64,000 nt of DNA from NCBI GenBank assembly GCA_963810205.1, contig CAWEMP010000016.1, positions 140,001 through 204,000 on the forward strand, given 5' to 3'. Below, in pieces: positions 51,166 to 60,709 of the stretch (position 1 is the stretch's first letter; the number at the start of each line of letters is the position of its first letter). The DNA comes from an uncultured Acidobacteriota bacterium. GTDB lineage: Bacteria > Acidobacteriota > Thermoanaerobaculia > UBA5066 > Gp7-AA6. The notes beneath the pieces were generated by a model. The model was not told the origin of the DNA and did not search any database. It saw nothing but the letters and a program-made list of their open reading frames with translations. The translations under genes were made by a program, and so were the position numbers.

Positions 51166-52090
51166 GGACGCTCGCCGCGGGATTCCGCGCGCTCTCGCAC
51201 CGGAAGCTCATCCTGCTCCTGGCGCTCTCGGCCGCCGTGGTGGGCCTGCTGTCCGCCATGCCGCTCCACTACGCCTTCGGCCGGTATCTCGGCGGGACGC
51301 TGGCGGGCGAGCACTTCCTGACGAACCACCCGACCTTCGCGCCGATGGACTTCGTCGATTTCGGCCGCGAGAACCCTTCCCTCCTCTCCGGCGTCACGGA
51401 GGGGTCGCGGCCCGGCGTTCTTCTCACGGTCCTGCTGCAGGCCTTCTTCGCGGGCGGGATCGTCGTCGTGCTCGGCCGCGGGCGCTTCACGTTCGGCCAG
51501 TTCTTCGAGCCGGCGCGGAGGAACTTCTGGCACAACGTCAAGTGCCTCCTCCTCTTCGTGCTCCTGCTCGTCGTCGTGTACGGCGCCGTCTTCGGCGGCG
51601 CGTACGCCGCGGGCGAAAAGCTCTTCGAGAACGTCCCGCCGGATGCCGGGAGCCGGGCCGCCTGGGACTGGGGACTGAAGATCCTCGCGGTCCTGATCTG
51701 GGGGGTTCTCTCGCTCCTCTACGATTTCGCCCGCGCCGCGCGCCGGTACGATCCCTCGATCGGGGCCTGGCGGGCCTGGGGATTCGCGCGGCGCGCGCTC
51801 CGCGGATCGCGCCTGCGCGCCCTCGGCCTCTTCCTCGTCTGGCTCGTCCTCGGCGGCGGGGCCTGGTTCGCCGCCTTCGCGTTCGCCTGGTCGAGGCCCG
51901 CGCAGTCCGTGGCGGCGCATCGCCGCCGTCCTCCTGCTGCAGTTCGCTCGTGCTGGGGGTGCGGGCCGCCGTCCGCGTCGGGACCTGGGGCTCCTACCTC
52001 GAGTTCCTGGACCACCGGGTGGCCCGAGCGCTCGCCTCTCCGCCGCAACCGGTGTACGTCCCGGCCGCGCCGGCCCCGCAGACGCTCTGA
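51162..52090 (+). CDS. integral membrane protein, unknown function, two apparent frameshifts near the 3' end
   Basis: ATG 51162 overlaps the M1 stop (ATGA). At least 6 hydrophobic helices. The tail is read through frame changes at about 51905-51915 and 51940-51950. Confidence 0.5.
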
Positions 52091-52091
52091 G

Positions 52092-53281
52092 CTAGCGCGC
52101 CGCCCACTCCGCGATCCGGCGGACGCCCTCGCGGATACGGTCGCTCTTCGTCGCGAAGGAGAAGCGCACGCAGCGGTCGTCGCCGAACGCGTCGCCCGGC
52201 ACGGCCGCGACGTGCGCCTCGTTCAGGAGCCCGTCGCAGAAGCCGGCCGATCCGGCCACACCCTTGCGGGCGTAGAGCCCGGAGACGTCGGCAAAGGCGT
52301 AAAAGGCGCCCTCGGGCATCGGACAGCGGACTCCGGGGATCGCGGCGAGGCCCCCGACCATTGCTTTCCGGCGGGTCTCGTAGTGGGACAGCATCTCCGC
52401 GACCGAAGCGGACGAGCCGGCGAGATCCGTGAGGGCCTCGAGCGCGGCCGCCTGCGAGATCGACGACGCGTTCGAGGTCGTGTGGCTCTGGTACGAGGTC
52501 ATGGCCGTGATGAGCTCCGGCGGCCCGATGGCCCACCCCAGGCGCCAGCCGGTCATGGCGAACGTCTTCGAAGCGGCCCCGGTCACGACGATCCGCTCGT
52601 ACCGCGAGCGCAGAGCCGCCGCCGAAGCATGCGTGCGGCCGTCGTACAGGAACCGGTCGTACGTCTCGTCGTAGATGAGCCACGCCTTGCGCGCCGCGCA
52701 CCAGTCCACGATCCGGGACAGCTCCGCGGCGTCGGTCACGGCGCCCGTGGGGTTGTTCGGCGAGTTGACGATGACGCCGCGCACGTCCCCCGATGCGGCG
52801 GACGCGAGCGCCGCGGCCGTCGGGTGCCAGCCCTCGTCGAGCGACGTCTCGACGAAGACCGGCTTCGCGCCCGTCAGGCGCACCATCTCGGGGAACGAGA
52901 CCCAGTAGGGCGAGAAGAGGGCGACGTCGTCGCCCTCGTCGAAGAGCGCCATGCAGACGTTGAAGACCGCCTGCTTGGCCCCGGCGGTGACGATGATGTT
53001 CTCGCGCCCGATCTTCGCGGCCTGCTCGCGGGCATACTTCGCCGCGATCGCGTCGCGGAGCGCCGCCTCTCCCGCGACGTCGGTGTACTTGGTGCGCCCG
53101 GTCTCGATCGCGCGCACCCCCGCGCGTCCCGACGTGGGCGGGCGTCGCGAAGTCGGGCTCGCCGATCGACAGATCCACGACGTCCACGCCCGAGGCCGCG
53201 AGGGCCTTGGCCTTCCGGCCGGCGGCCGTCGTCGAGGAGGGAGCGAGCGCCGCGATCCGGCGCGAGAGCCGCAGACTCCAT
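52092..53281 (-). CDS. aspartate/aromatic aminotransferase (class I), two apparent frameshifts near the 5' end
   Basis: DLSIGEPDFATP, NSPNNPTGAV, GAASKTFAMTGWRLGW. Junctions at about 53270-53278 (just after the ATG) and 53115-53130. Confidence 0.85.
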
Positions 53282-54477
53282 CACCGCTTCCCTTTCCAGG
53301 AGCGGGCGAACGCGCCGAACGCCCGGATCCTCTTCCGGCCGAGCGCCACGAGGAGGAGCTCCACGCCGATCCAGCCGCCGTAGACCCAGATCATCGTGTG
53401 GCGGAGAGACGGGAAGAAGAACTGCACGATCCAGAGCGCGAAGAGGCCGGCGGCCTCGTACCATTCGAGCGTCATCGAGGCCAGGAAGATCCAGCCGAGA
53501 AACGCCTGGAGGATGGTCAGCAGGATCTCGAGCCGCTGAAAGTCGTCGAAGGGCAGCGGCTCGGTGCTCCCGTGGCTCCAGCAGTAGACGACGGCGAGGA
53601 GGCCCGACAGCACGCCCCACTGGTTGATGTTCGACGACACCATGTTCATGAGGGCCACCGGCGCCCGCGTGATGCGCCGAGCCCACGCGAAGGCCGACGT
53701 CTTCTCGGGGAACTCCGAGATGAACGGCGCGACCCACTGGATGAACGTGAACTGCGAGATGCCGAGGCTGACCGCGACTGCGAGCATCGAGTTCAGGAAC
53801 GGCTCGGCCACGAGGAAGATGACGATGCCGCCGAAGGCGAAGAGCCCGAGCACCGCGGCCCAGCGCTTCCAGCCCGAAAACGACAGGGCCCAGCGCGACA
53901 CGCGCGGGATCTCCTCGTCCTCTTCCTCGGAGTCTTCCCGGGGCGGCATCCTCAGCAGGATGAAGAGGTAGACCACGTAGGTCGCCGTGAGCACGGCGGC
54001 GTCGACGAGGGAGAGGCTCCCCTTGGCCCAGACCAGGATGAAGTACGCGAGCGGCGGCAACAGCCCCAGCACTTCCACGGCGTGGTCGTCGTGGAGGTGG
54101 ATCGCGCCCAGCTTCTTCCCGCGGCGCCGGCGAGAGTAGAACGCCGCGACCGCATAGATCATCGGCCAGCCGAATCCCGTCAGGAGGCGCAGGCTCCCGG
54201 TGAAGTTGGCGATCGCCAGGTGGACCATGTCCGGGTTCTTCCCGGCCTTCCAGGCGATGACCGCCTCGACGGCGAACTCCGGCATCGTCTGGATCAACGC
54301 GAGAATCGCGAGCGCCAGCCCCTGCGAGATCAGGAACTCGGCCGCCTCGGCTCCCCAGGCCACGACGAAGGCCGCGCCGATCATCGCGGGGAAGGTCCAG
54401 AGCGCCGACCAGGCCGAGCCCGGTGCGCCGAGCTCCACGGCCGCGGCCAGGAACTTCTCGTCGCGGAGCCACTTCAT
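53281..54477 (-). CDS. CaCA-family (sodium/calcium exchanger-like) membrane protein
   Basis: 398-aa intact ORF. Two internally repeated multi-TM halves separated by an acidic loop (EDSEEEDEE). Alpha-repeat-like GAEAAEF...TMPEF and VAPFISEFPE. Confidence 0.7.
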   Translation of the reverse strand: MKWLRDEKFLAAAVELGAPGSAWSALWTFPAMIGAAFVVAWGAEAAEFLISQGLALAILALIQTMPEFAVEAVIAWKAGKNPDMVHLAIANFTGSLRLLTGFGWPMIYAVAAFYSRRRRGKKLGAIHLHDDHAVEVLGLLPPLAYFILVWAKGSLSLVDAAVLTATYVVYLFILLRMPPREDSEEEDEEIPRVSRWALSFSGWKRWAAVLGLFAFGGIVIFLVAEPFLNSMLAVAVSLGISQFTFIQWVAPFISEFPEKTSAFAWARRITRAPVALMNMVSSNINQWGVLSGLLAVVYCWSHGSTEPLPFDDFQRLEILLTILQAFLGWIFLASMTLEWYEAAGLFALWIVQFFFPSLRHTMIWVYGGWIGVELLLVALGRKRIRAFGAFARSWKGKR

Positions 54478-54503
54478 GGCGCGCGGTTATAGCATGGGCC
54501 GTC

Positions 54504-55262
54504 GTGCCCGCGATCGAGTCCCCGTCGAACCCTCTGATCCGCGACATCACTCGCCGTCTCGAGGAACGCACTCACCTCCTGCTCGAAGGCGAGAAGGCGA
54601 TTCTCGACGCGGTCGCCGCCGGAATCGCGCTCGAGCATCTTCTCCACGACGAGAGCGTTCGGCCCGGACGCCTGGCCGCGCTGACCTCCGCGCATCCGCG
54701 GCTGGTGTCGCGCGCCGTGCTCGAGCGCCTCGCCGACGCGCGCACGCCGCAGCACCTGCTGGCGGTGGCGAAGCGCCGCGACGTTCCGGTCGCGGAGATC
54801 CTCGGGCGGGAGGGCCCCATCGTGTTCGCGTTCGCCGTGCAGGACCCCGGCAACCTCGGAGCCATCGTCCGGGTGGCCGAGGCCGCGGGGGGCGCCGGCG
54901 TGATCGGCGCGCCGGGGACGGCGGATTTCTTCCACCCGCGCGCCGTCCGCGGGAGCGCCGGCAGCGTCCTGCGCCTCCCGGTCTCGGGCCGCGTCTCGTT
55001 CGAACCCTTCGCCGCCGACGCGAAAGCCGCGGGCCGGCCCATCTGCGGAGCCACGGCAGCCGGAGGCGAGAACGCGTTCGAGGCGCCGCTCGACCCGCGC
55101 TCGGTGCTCGTGGTGGGAGCCGAGGGAACGGGGTTGCCGGCGGGCGCCTATCGCTACCTCGACCGCAGGCTCACGATCCCGATGCGGTCGCCCGTCGACT
55201 CTTTGAACGCGGCCGTGGCCACGGCCCTGCTGCTCTATTCGCCTTCGCTCCGGCGCCTCTAG
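54504..55262 (+). CDS. TrmH/SpoU-family RNA 2'-O-methyltransferase
   Basis: VQDPGNLGAIVRVAEAAG, VVGAEGTGL, IPMRSPVDSLNAAVATALLLY. GTG 54504 chosen; the upstream GTG 54423 would overlap the divergent gene. Confidence 0.8.
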   Translation: MPAIESPSNPLIRDITRRLEERTHLLLEGEKAILDAVAAGIALEHLLHDESVRPGRLAALTSAHPRLVSRAVLERLADARTPQHLLAVAKRRDVPVAEILGREGPIVFAFAVQDPGNLGAIVRVAEAAGGAGVIGAPGTADFFHPRAVRGSAGSVLRLPVSGRVSFEPFAADAKAAGRPICGATAAGGENAFEAPLDPRSVLVVGAEGTGLPAGAYRYLDRRLTIPMRSPVDSLNAAVATALLLYSPSLRRL

Positions 55263-55331
55263 CGGCGCTCGGACTCCCGGCCCAGGGCTTGCGGGGCGCG
55301 ACCTTCTTCTTCTGGCGGTTGCCGATCCCCT

Positions 55332-55892
55332 TCATTCCGAGAACACCTCGGCCTGGAAGATCCAGACGCGGGCCTCGGGCTCTCTCCACGCGTCCGGGGG
55401 CAGGCCCGCCTTGCGCGAAACCTCCTGAAGAAACCTCTCGCGGTCGAAGCCCCACTCGGTCGCCACTTGAGGAAGAAGGAGTCCGCGCCGGCCGCGGCTC
55501 TCGAGGATGAGCCCGTCCCGGCCGATCTCGATGTCCTGGAGTCCTGCGATCGCCTGCGGCGCCGTCAGGACCGAGATCTCGAGCCGGCACTGCGGGAGCT
55601 CCTCGGACGAGAGCGGCGGGAAGCGCGGGTCCTCGAGAGCCGCTCGCAGCGCGTATTCCGAGATCACGCGAGTCAGATCGCCGTGCGGGGCCAGGGTTCC
55701 GATGCATCCCCGCAGCCGTCCGTCCTTCTGCAGCGTCACGAAGAGCCCTCGGGTCTGCCCGAACGCCTCGGCCCGGTCGGAAGCCAGCCGGGGCGGCGGC
55801 TCTCCTCGGAAGTGAGCCTCGAGCGTCTCCCGGGCGAGCCCCAGCAGATCCCGGCGTCCGGCCTCGGACAGCGGCCGCGTCTCGGCGCTCAA
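55332..55892 (-). CDS. AMMECR1 domain protein
   Basis: GLFVTLQKDGRLRGCIGT...DPRFPPL...LLLPQVA. TTG 55892 overlaps the upstream stop (TTGA). Confidence 0.8.
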   Translation of the reverse strand: MSAETRPLSEAGRRDLLGLARETLEAHFRGEPPPRLASDRAEAFGQTRGLFVTLQKDGRLRGCIGTLAPHGDLTRVISEYALRAALEDPRFPPLSSEELPQCRLEISVLTAPQAIAGLQDIEIGRDGLILESRGRRGLLLPQVATEWGFDRERFLQEVSRKAGLPPDAWREPEARVWIFQAEVFSE

Positions 55893-56542
55893 GCCGACGT
55901 CCCCGTCGCCGGCCTGGCCGAGGGCTCGAGCGAAGCCAGGAAGTCCGCCACGGTCTCGCCGAGCAGCTCGAGCTGGCCCTCGAAGAAGTGATCCGCCCCG
56001 GGGATCACGACCATCCGATGCCGGCCGGCCAGAAACCGTTCGAGCTCCTCGGGGGGACCGAATCGGTCGTTCTCCCCGACGACGAACAGGGAGGGCGCCT
56101 CGGGCAGCGGAACCATGCGACCGGACTCGGTCGCGAGAGGCAGGCCGAGAGCGATGAACGTCGCGAGGCGCGGGTCGCGCGCGGCGGCCTTGAGTCCGAC
56201 CGCCGACCCGAACGAGAACCCGCCCGCGGCCATCGGCAGGCCGGCGATCCGCTCGGCCTCGTCCATCGCCGCCCGAAAGTCCTCGATCTCGCCGTGTCCG
56301 GCGTCGTATCGCCCCTCCGAGACACCGACACCGCGGAAGTTGAATCGCAGGGTGTCGTAACCCGACCGCGTCAGAGCCTGGACCGCGCGATAGACGACCT
56401 TGTTGTGCAGCGTGCCGCCATGGAGCGGGTGGGGATGCGCGAAGACCGCCGACCCGCGTCGCGGCGCCGCGGCCTCCTTCCAGAGGCCCTCGAGGGCCCC
56501 CGCGGGGCCGCGAACGCTCACGGATCGAAGCCTGCCGGTCAC
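55889..56542 (-). CDS. alpha/beta hydrolase
   Basis: 217-aa intact ORF. FAHPHPLHGGTLHNKVV, nucleophile elbow GFSFGS, GADHFF. Confidence 0.8.
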   Translation of the reverse strand: MTGRLRSVSVRGPAGALEGLWKEAAAPRRGSAVFAHPHPLHGGTLHNKVVYRAVQALTRSGYDTLRFNFRGVGVSEGRYDAGHGEIEDFRAAMDEAERIAGLPMAAGGFSFGSAVGLKAAARDPRLATFIALGLPLATESGRMVPLPEAPSLFVVGENDRFGPPEELERFLAGRHRMVVIPGADHFFEGQLELLGETVADFLASLEPSARPATGTSA

Positions 56543-56635
56543 TTCTGCCCTCCGGTTGGCGAAATGTCCGTCTCATCGTATCCTTCCCGCCGATCCGAGG
56601 TCACCCGAAACGCCTCCGGCTGACAGGAGAACGCG

Positions 56636-57697
56636 ATGAAGAGGATCGTCCACATCGTCGGCACCGGCACGATCGGAGAGCCGCTGATCGGGCTCTTCAC
56701 CGACTTCGGAAAGTACCTCGGCGTCGACGAGGTCACCTTTCACAAGCGCACCCCGATGACGACCGAGCGGGCCAAGGTCAACCACTTGATGGAGCGCGGG
56801 GCCCGACTCGCCGTCGACTCCGACAAGCTCGCCGACTTCGAGGCGCTCGGGCACAAGGTGTCCCACGAGGCTGGCGCCGCACTCGAGCGCGCCACCGTCG
56901 TGATCGACTGCACTCCCGCCGGCAACGAGAACAAGAAGGTCTACGAGAAGCTCTCGGGGCCGAAGGGCTTCCTCGCCCAGGGCAGCGAGTTCGGCTTCGG
57001 GAAGATGTACGCGATGGGCATCAACGACGAGGCGCTCGTTCCCGGCCGCGACCGCTTCCTGCAGATCGTCTCCTGCAACACCCACAACATTGCGTGTCTG
57101 ATCATGACGCTCGGGACCAACGACGCGGGCGCGCGCATCCTCACGCGGGGCCGGTTCGTGTGCATGCGGCGGGCGAACGACGTGTCCCAGGACGCCGGCT
57201 TCGCGCCCGCGCCGTCGGTGGGCAAGCACGACGACCCCGAGTTCGGCACGCATCACGCCCGCGACGCCTCCGCGCTCCTCTCCACCATCGGGTGGAAGCC
57301 GCCGATCTTCTCCTCGGCGATGAAAATGAACACCCAGTACATGCACGCGCTCTGGTTCGACATGGACGTCTCGGAGCCGACATCGCGGGAGCAGGTGCTC
57401 GCCCGGCTGAAGGCGAACCGGCGGATCGCCGTCACCGAACGGCGCTCGGCCAACCAGATCTTCTCCTTCGGCCGCGATCACGGCTACTATGGCCGCATCC
57501 TGTCTCAGGCCGTGATCGCGTCGCCGACCATCTCGGTCCGGGGCGGCAACGAGATCGTGGGCTTCTGCTTCACGCCCCAGGACGGCAATTCGCTCGCCTC
57601 CTCCATCCACGCCGCCCTCTGGCTCATGGATCCGGAACCGAAGCAGCTCCAGGAGCGCATGTCCGTGCTGGATCGGTTCTTCTTCCGGGAGATCTGA
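56636..57697 (+). CDS. archaeal-type (type II) glyceraldehyde-3-phosphate dehydrogenase-like oxidoreductase
   Basis: 353-aa intact ORF. Rossmann HIVGTGTIGEP, VIDCTPAG, catalytic-Cys context IVSCNTHNI, THHARD. Resembles archaeal GAPDH (VIDCTPEG / VSCNTTG / HHGPD) but is divergent. Confidence 0.6.
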   Translation: MKRIVHIVGTGTIGEPLIGLFTDFGKYLGVDEVTFHKRTPMTTERAKVNHLMERGARLAVDSDKLADFEALGHKVSHEAGAALERATVVIDCTPAGNENKKVYEKLSGPKGFLAQGSEFGFGKMYAMGINDEALVPGRDRFLQIVSCNTHNIACLIMTLGTNDAGARILTRGRFVCMRRANDVSQDAGFAPAPSVGKHDDPEFGTHHARDASALLSTIGWKPPIFSSAMKMNTQYMHALWFDMDVSEPTSREQVLARLKANRRIAVTERRSANQIFSFGRDHGYYGRILSQAVIASPTISVRGGNEIVGFCFTPQDGNSLASSIHAALWLMDPEPKQLQERMSVLDRFFFREI

Positions 57698-57759
57698 CGA
57701 GCCGCGTTTTCTTGCGCCTCGCGTAACGGAATCCCGGCGCCTCCCTGCTACCATGGCGC

Positions 57760-58671
57760 ATGGCCTGGGTGACGTGTCCCCACTGCGGGTTCACGCAGAT
57801 TCCTGCGGCGCAATGTCTCAAGTGCAGGAAGCGCCTCGATCGGCCGCGGGCGGGCGAGCCGGTCGGACCCGGGGGGGCGCCGACGGCCCCCGCGGCCTCT
57901 TTCCTTTCCACGATTCCGCGCCAGTACCTCCTGGTGCTCGCGGCCCTCGCCCTGGCGGTGATCACCGGGGTCCTGATCTGGGGCTCGCGCGCGTCCAGCC
58001 CGGGCGCCGTCGTGGCGGCTCCGCCGCCGACGACACCCGAGCCGTGGACTCTCGACCTGACCGGCCGATGGCAGGGCAAGATCGCGACGACGATCGCCGG
58101 AACACCTTCCCGACCGGCGCTGCGCGAGCTGTTCGTCGAGACCGACCGCTCGGGCAACATCGTGGCGGCCGGCGTAACTCTCACCGACCCGGGGCGGGGC
58201 GGGGCGGGGGCCGGCTACCTCACGGTCCCCGACGGTGGGCGCCGCGTGCGCGAGCTGGCCGCCGCACTGGCGGCCTCGCCCGGCGGCGCGCCGCTGTCCA
58301 TCGACTTCATCCCGTTCGCGCCCTGGGTGCCGAAGCGCGATCGGACGTGGCGGGCGGTTGAAGGACAGCGACGGAGCGCCGAAGCCACGACCTACCTCCT
58401 GCTCGAATCGCTGGAGCCCGACTACCTGGTCCAGGCGGGCGTCAACGCGAGCGGCTTTCTGTCCTATCTCTATCTCTCCCCCGCGTACGCTTCGGGGCGG
58501 GGAACCGACGCGCTCTCCAGGGTCATCCATCCCGGTCCCGAAAGCTCGCTGCGCGGGTTCCGCAACCTCGTCTGGGACCTCTCCGGCGCAGCCGACTTCG
58601 TCGGGCTGGAGGTCGCCGTCTCGATCTCGGGACCGGCCGGCGCGGCCGACCGGATCGTCCTGCGCCGCTGA
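57760..58671 (+). CDS. zinc-ribbon membrane protein, unknown function
   Basis: 303 aa. N-terminal CPHCG...CLKC ribbon, one TM (YLLVLAALALAVITGVLIW), unrecognised C-terminal domain. Intact. Confidence 0.5.
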   Translation: MAWVTCPHCGFTQIPAAQCLKCRKRLDRPRAGEPVGPGGAPTAPAASFLSTIPRQYLLVLAALALAVITGVLIWGSRASSPGAVVAAPPPTTPEPWTLDLTGRWQGKIATTIAGTPSRPALRELFVETDRSGNIVAAGVTLTDPGRGGAGAGYLTVPDGGRRVRELAAALAASPGGAPLSIDFIPFAPWVPKRDRTWRAVEGQRRSAEATTYLLLESLEPDYLVQAGVNASGFLSYLYLSPAYASGRGTDALSRVIHPGPESSLRGFRNLVWDLSGAADFVGLEVAVSISGPAGAADRIVLRR

Positions 58672-58712
58672 GGGCGCGGACCTTCGGGCGCGCCGGCTCT
58701 TGGGAGGATGCC

Positions 58713-59609
58713 ATGCCCCGATTCATCCGACGATTTGCCAATCGCATTCGCGGCTTTCTCGCGGAACCGGCGCTTCGGGCCATTCGCGGAATTCCGCCGG
58801 ATGCCGCCACGCAGGTCCAGCTCCAGCTGGCCTACCGCCGGCTCGTCGACGAGGGTGGGCCGCTGCCGCCGATGGACAGGGTCGGCTTCCAGGCCTACTC
58901 CCAGGCCGACGAAGATGGGATCCTGCTCTTTCTCTTTTCGGTCCTCGGAGTCTCCAGGAAGCTGTGTGTGGAAATCTGCGCCGGCGACGGTATGGAGTGC
59001 AACACGGCCAACCTGATCGTCAACCACGGCTGGCACGGCTTGCTCGTGGATGGCAACGAAAGGCTCGTCGAGAACGGCAGACGGTACTACTCGCGGTCGA
59101 AACAGACCTACGCTTACCCTCCGCGATTCGTTTGCAGCTGGGTGACGCGCGCGAACGTGAACGACCTGCTCGCCAGCAACGGGTTCGGGGGCGAGATCGA
59201 CCTGCTGTCGCTCGACCTCGACGGCGTCGACTACTGGATCTGGGAAGCCCTGGAGGCCGTGACTCCCCGGGTCGTGGTCGTGGAATACCAGGACATCCTC
59301 GGGCCGGAGCGGGCCTGGACGGTCCCCTACGCCGATGATTTCTCGGCAGCCTCCTATCCGAAGACGCTGGGGATGCCGAACTACGCCGGCGCTTCCCTGA
59401 GTGCATTCGTCAAACTGGGGCGGCGCAAGGGCTATCGGCTGGTCGGGGTCAACCGCTACGGGTACAACGCCTTCTTCGTCAGGAACGGCCTCGGTGATCG
59501 GCTCGTTCCCGAGGTCGAGGCCAGGGAGTGTTTCGGCCATCCCAAGGTGGTCTGGGGGATGAGGGAGCGATTCCCCACCGTCGAGCACTTGCCCTGGGTC
59601 GAAGTCTGA
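58713..59609 (+). CDS. FkbM/Methyltransf_21-like protein (tentative)
   Basis: 298-aa intact ORF. VEICAGDGMECNTANL...GWHGLLVDG...IDLLSLDLDGVDYWIW resembles FkbM-type SAM methyltransferases. The assignment is weak. Confidence 0.45.
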   Translation: MPRFIRRFANRIRGFLAEPALRAIRGIPPDAATQVQLQLAYRRLVDEGGPLPPMDRVGFQAYSQADEDGILLFLFSVLGVSRKLCVEICAGDGMECNTANLIVNHGWHGLLVDGNERLVENGRRYYSRSKQTYAYPPRFVCSWVTRANVNDLLASNGFGGEIDLLSLDLDGVDYWIWEALEAVTPRVVVVEYQDILGPERAWTVPYADDFSAASYPKTLGMPNYAGASLSAFVKLGRRKGYRLVGVNRYGYNAFFVRNGLGDRLVPEVEARECFGHPKVVWGMRERFPTVEHLPWVEV

Positions 59610-59661
59610 TGGCGACCCGGCTCGACCCCTCCCGGTACCCGACGCCGCCCGCACGGATCCC

Positions 59662-60357
59662 GTGATCGCGCCGCCGGAGTCCGACGTCCACGTCTGGTGG
59701 TTGTCCCTGGAATCCGACGAGCTCGGGGTCGAGCGAGCCCTGAGCGTTCTCTCCGCCGAGGAGCGCGCGCGGGCCGATCGCTTCCACTTCGCGCGTGATC
59801 GGCGCCGGTTCGCCCTCGGGAGGGCCGCCCTCCGGACGCTCCTCGCCGCCTACACGGGCACGGAGCCCGATCGAGTCGCGCTTCGCGTCGGCCCGGCAGG
59901 CAAGCCGTACCTCGCGGAGCGTGCCGACATTCACTTCAACCTCTCCCATTGCGAAGACCGCGGGGTGCTGGCCGTCGCGCTTTCGCCGGTGGGAGTGGAC
60001 CTGGAGAGGGTACGCGACATCCCCGAGGCGCTGACGATCGCCGAGCATTTCTTCACGACGTCGGAGATGGGAGCGCTGCGCGCATTTCCCGAGGCGGAGC
60101 GGTCGGAAGCTTTCCTGCGCTGCTGGACCCGCAAGGAAGCCTACGTGAAGGCGCGAGGAGGAGGCCTGTCGACGCCGCTCGATTCGTTCGACGTGACGCT
60201 CGATCGGGGCACGGCCGGCCTGACTTTGCACTCCGAGTCGGCCGATGGAAAGTGGAAGCTCTGCGACGTGGACGCCGGACCGGGCTGGGCCGCCGCGCTG
60301 GCCGTCGAACGCGAATCACCGAACCTCGTCCACCGGGTCTGGCCACCATCACTTTAG
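59662..60357 (+). CDS. Sfp-type 4'-phosphopantetheinyl transferase
   Basis: 231-aa intact ORF. FNLSHCEDRGVLAV, VGVDLE, CWTRKEAYVKARG. Confidence 0.85.
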   Translation: MIAPPESDVHVWWLSLESDELGVERALSVLSAEERARADRFHFARDRRRFALGRAALRTLLAAYTGTEPDRVALRVGPAGKPYLAERADIHFNLSHCEDRGVLAVALSPVGVDLERVRDIPEALTIAEHFFTTSEMGALRAFPEAERSEAFLRCWTRKEAYVKARGGGLSTPLDSFDVTLDRGTAGLTLHSESADGKWKLCDVDAGPGWAAALAVERESPNLVHRVWPPSL

Positions 60358-60507
60358 GCGCCTCGCGCAAACGCCTGCAGGACAAGGCAATCGGCGGGTT
60401 CCGGTCGCCTTGGCGGAAGGGGCCCCCCGCGCTCGCGTTGCCGCCTATGCGGGGGGACCCTGTTTTGCTATCATCGGGCCTCACCATCATGACCAAAGAA
60501 CGCGCGA

Positions 60508-60617
60508 CGGCGGGTACCTCCCTGGAGAAGGCTCGCCCATTTTTCCGCGCCGACCTTGGCCACGCCCCCATTTCGAGCTAACCCATGAATGGCGAACGAC
60601 AGCGGCGGGTACCTCCC
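60508..60617 (+). repeat. pair of 15-nt exact direct repeats in the NRPS leader region
   Basis: CGGCGGGTACCTCCC at 60508-60522 and again at 60603-60617. Each is followed by a short dyad, CTCC-N2/3-GGAG. Confidence 0.6.
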
Positions 60618-60709
60618 GGGGAGGAGTCTGCCCGCCGTGAGCCGGACCTCCCGGATTCCGTTCCCTCGATGACCAGTCGGCGCGCCTCCGCGCGGGAGTC
60701 CGTCACGTC

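Noticed and set aside
54423-54503. Longer N-terminal extension of the TrmH-family gene (GTG 54423)
   Set aside because: The extension is Arg/Pro-rich and non-homologous, and it would overlap the divergent CaCA gene start. GTG 54504 gives a typical SpoU N-terminus.
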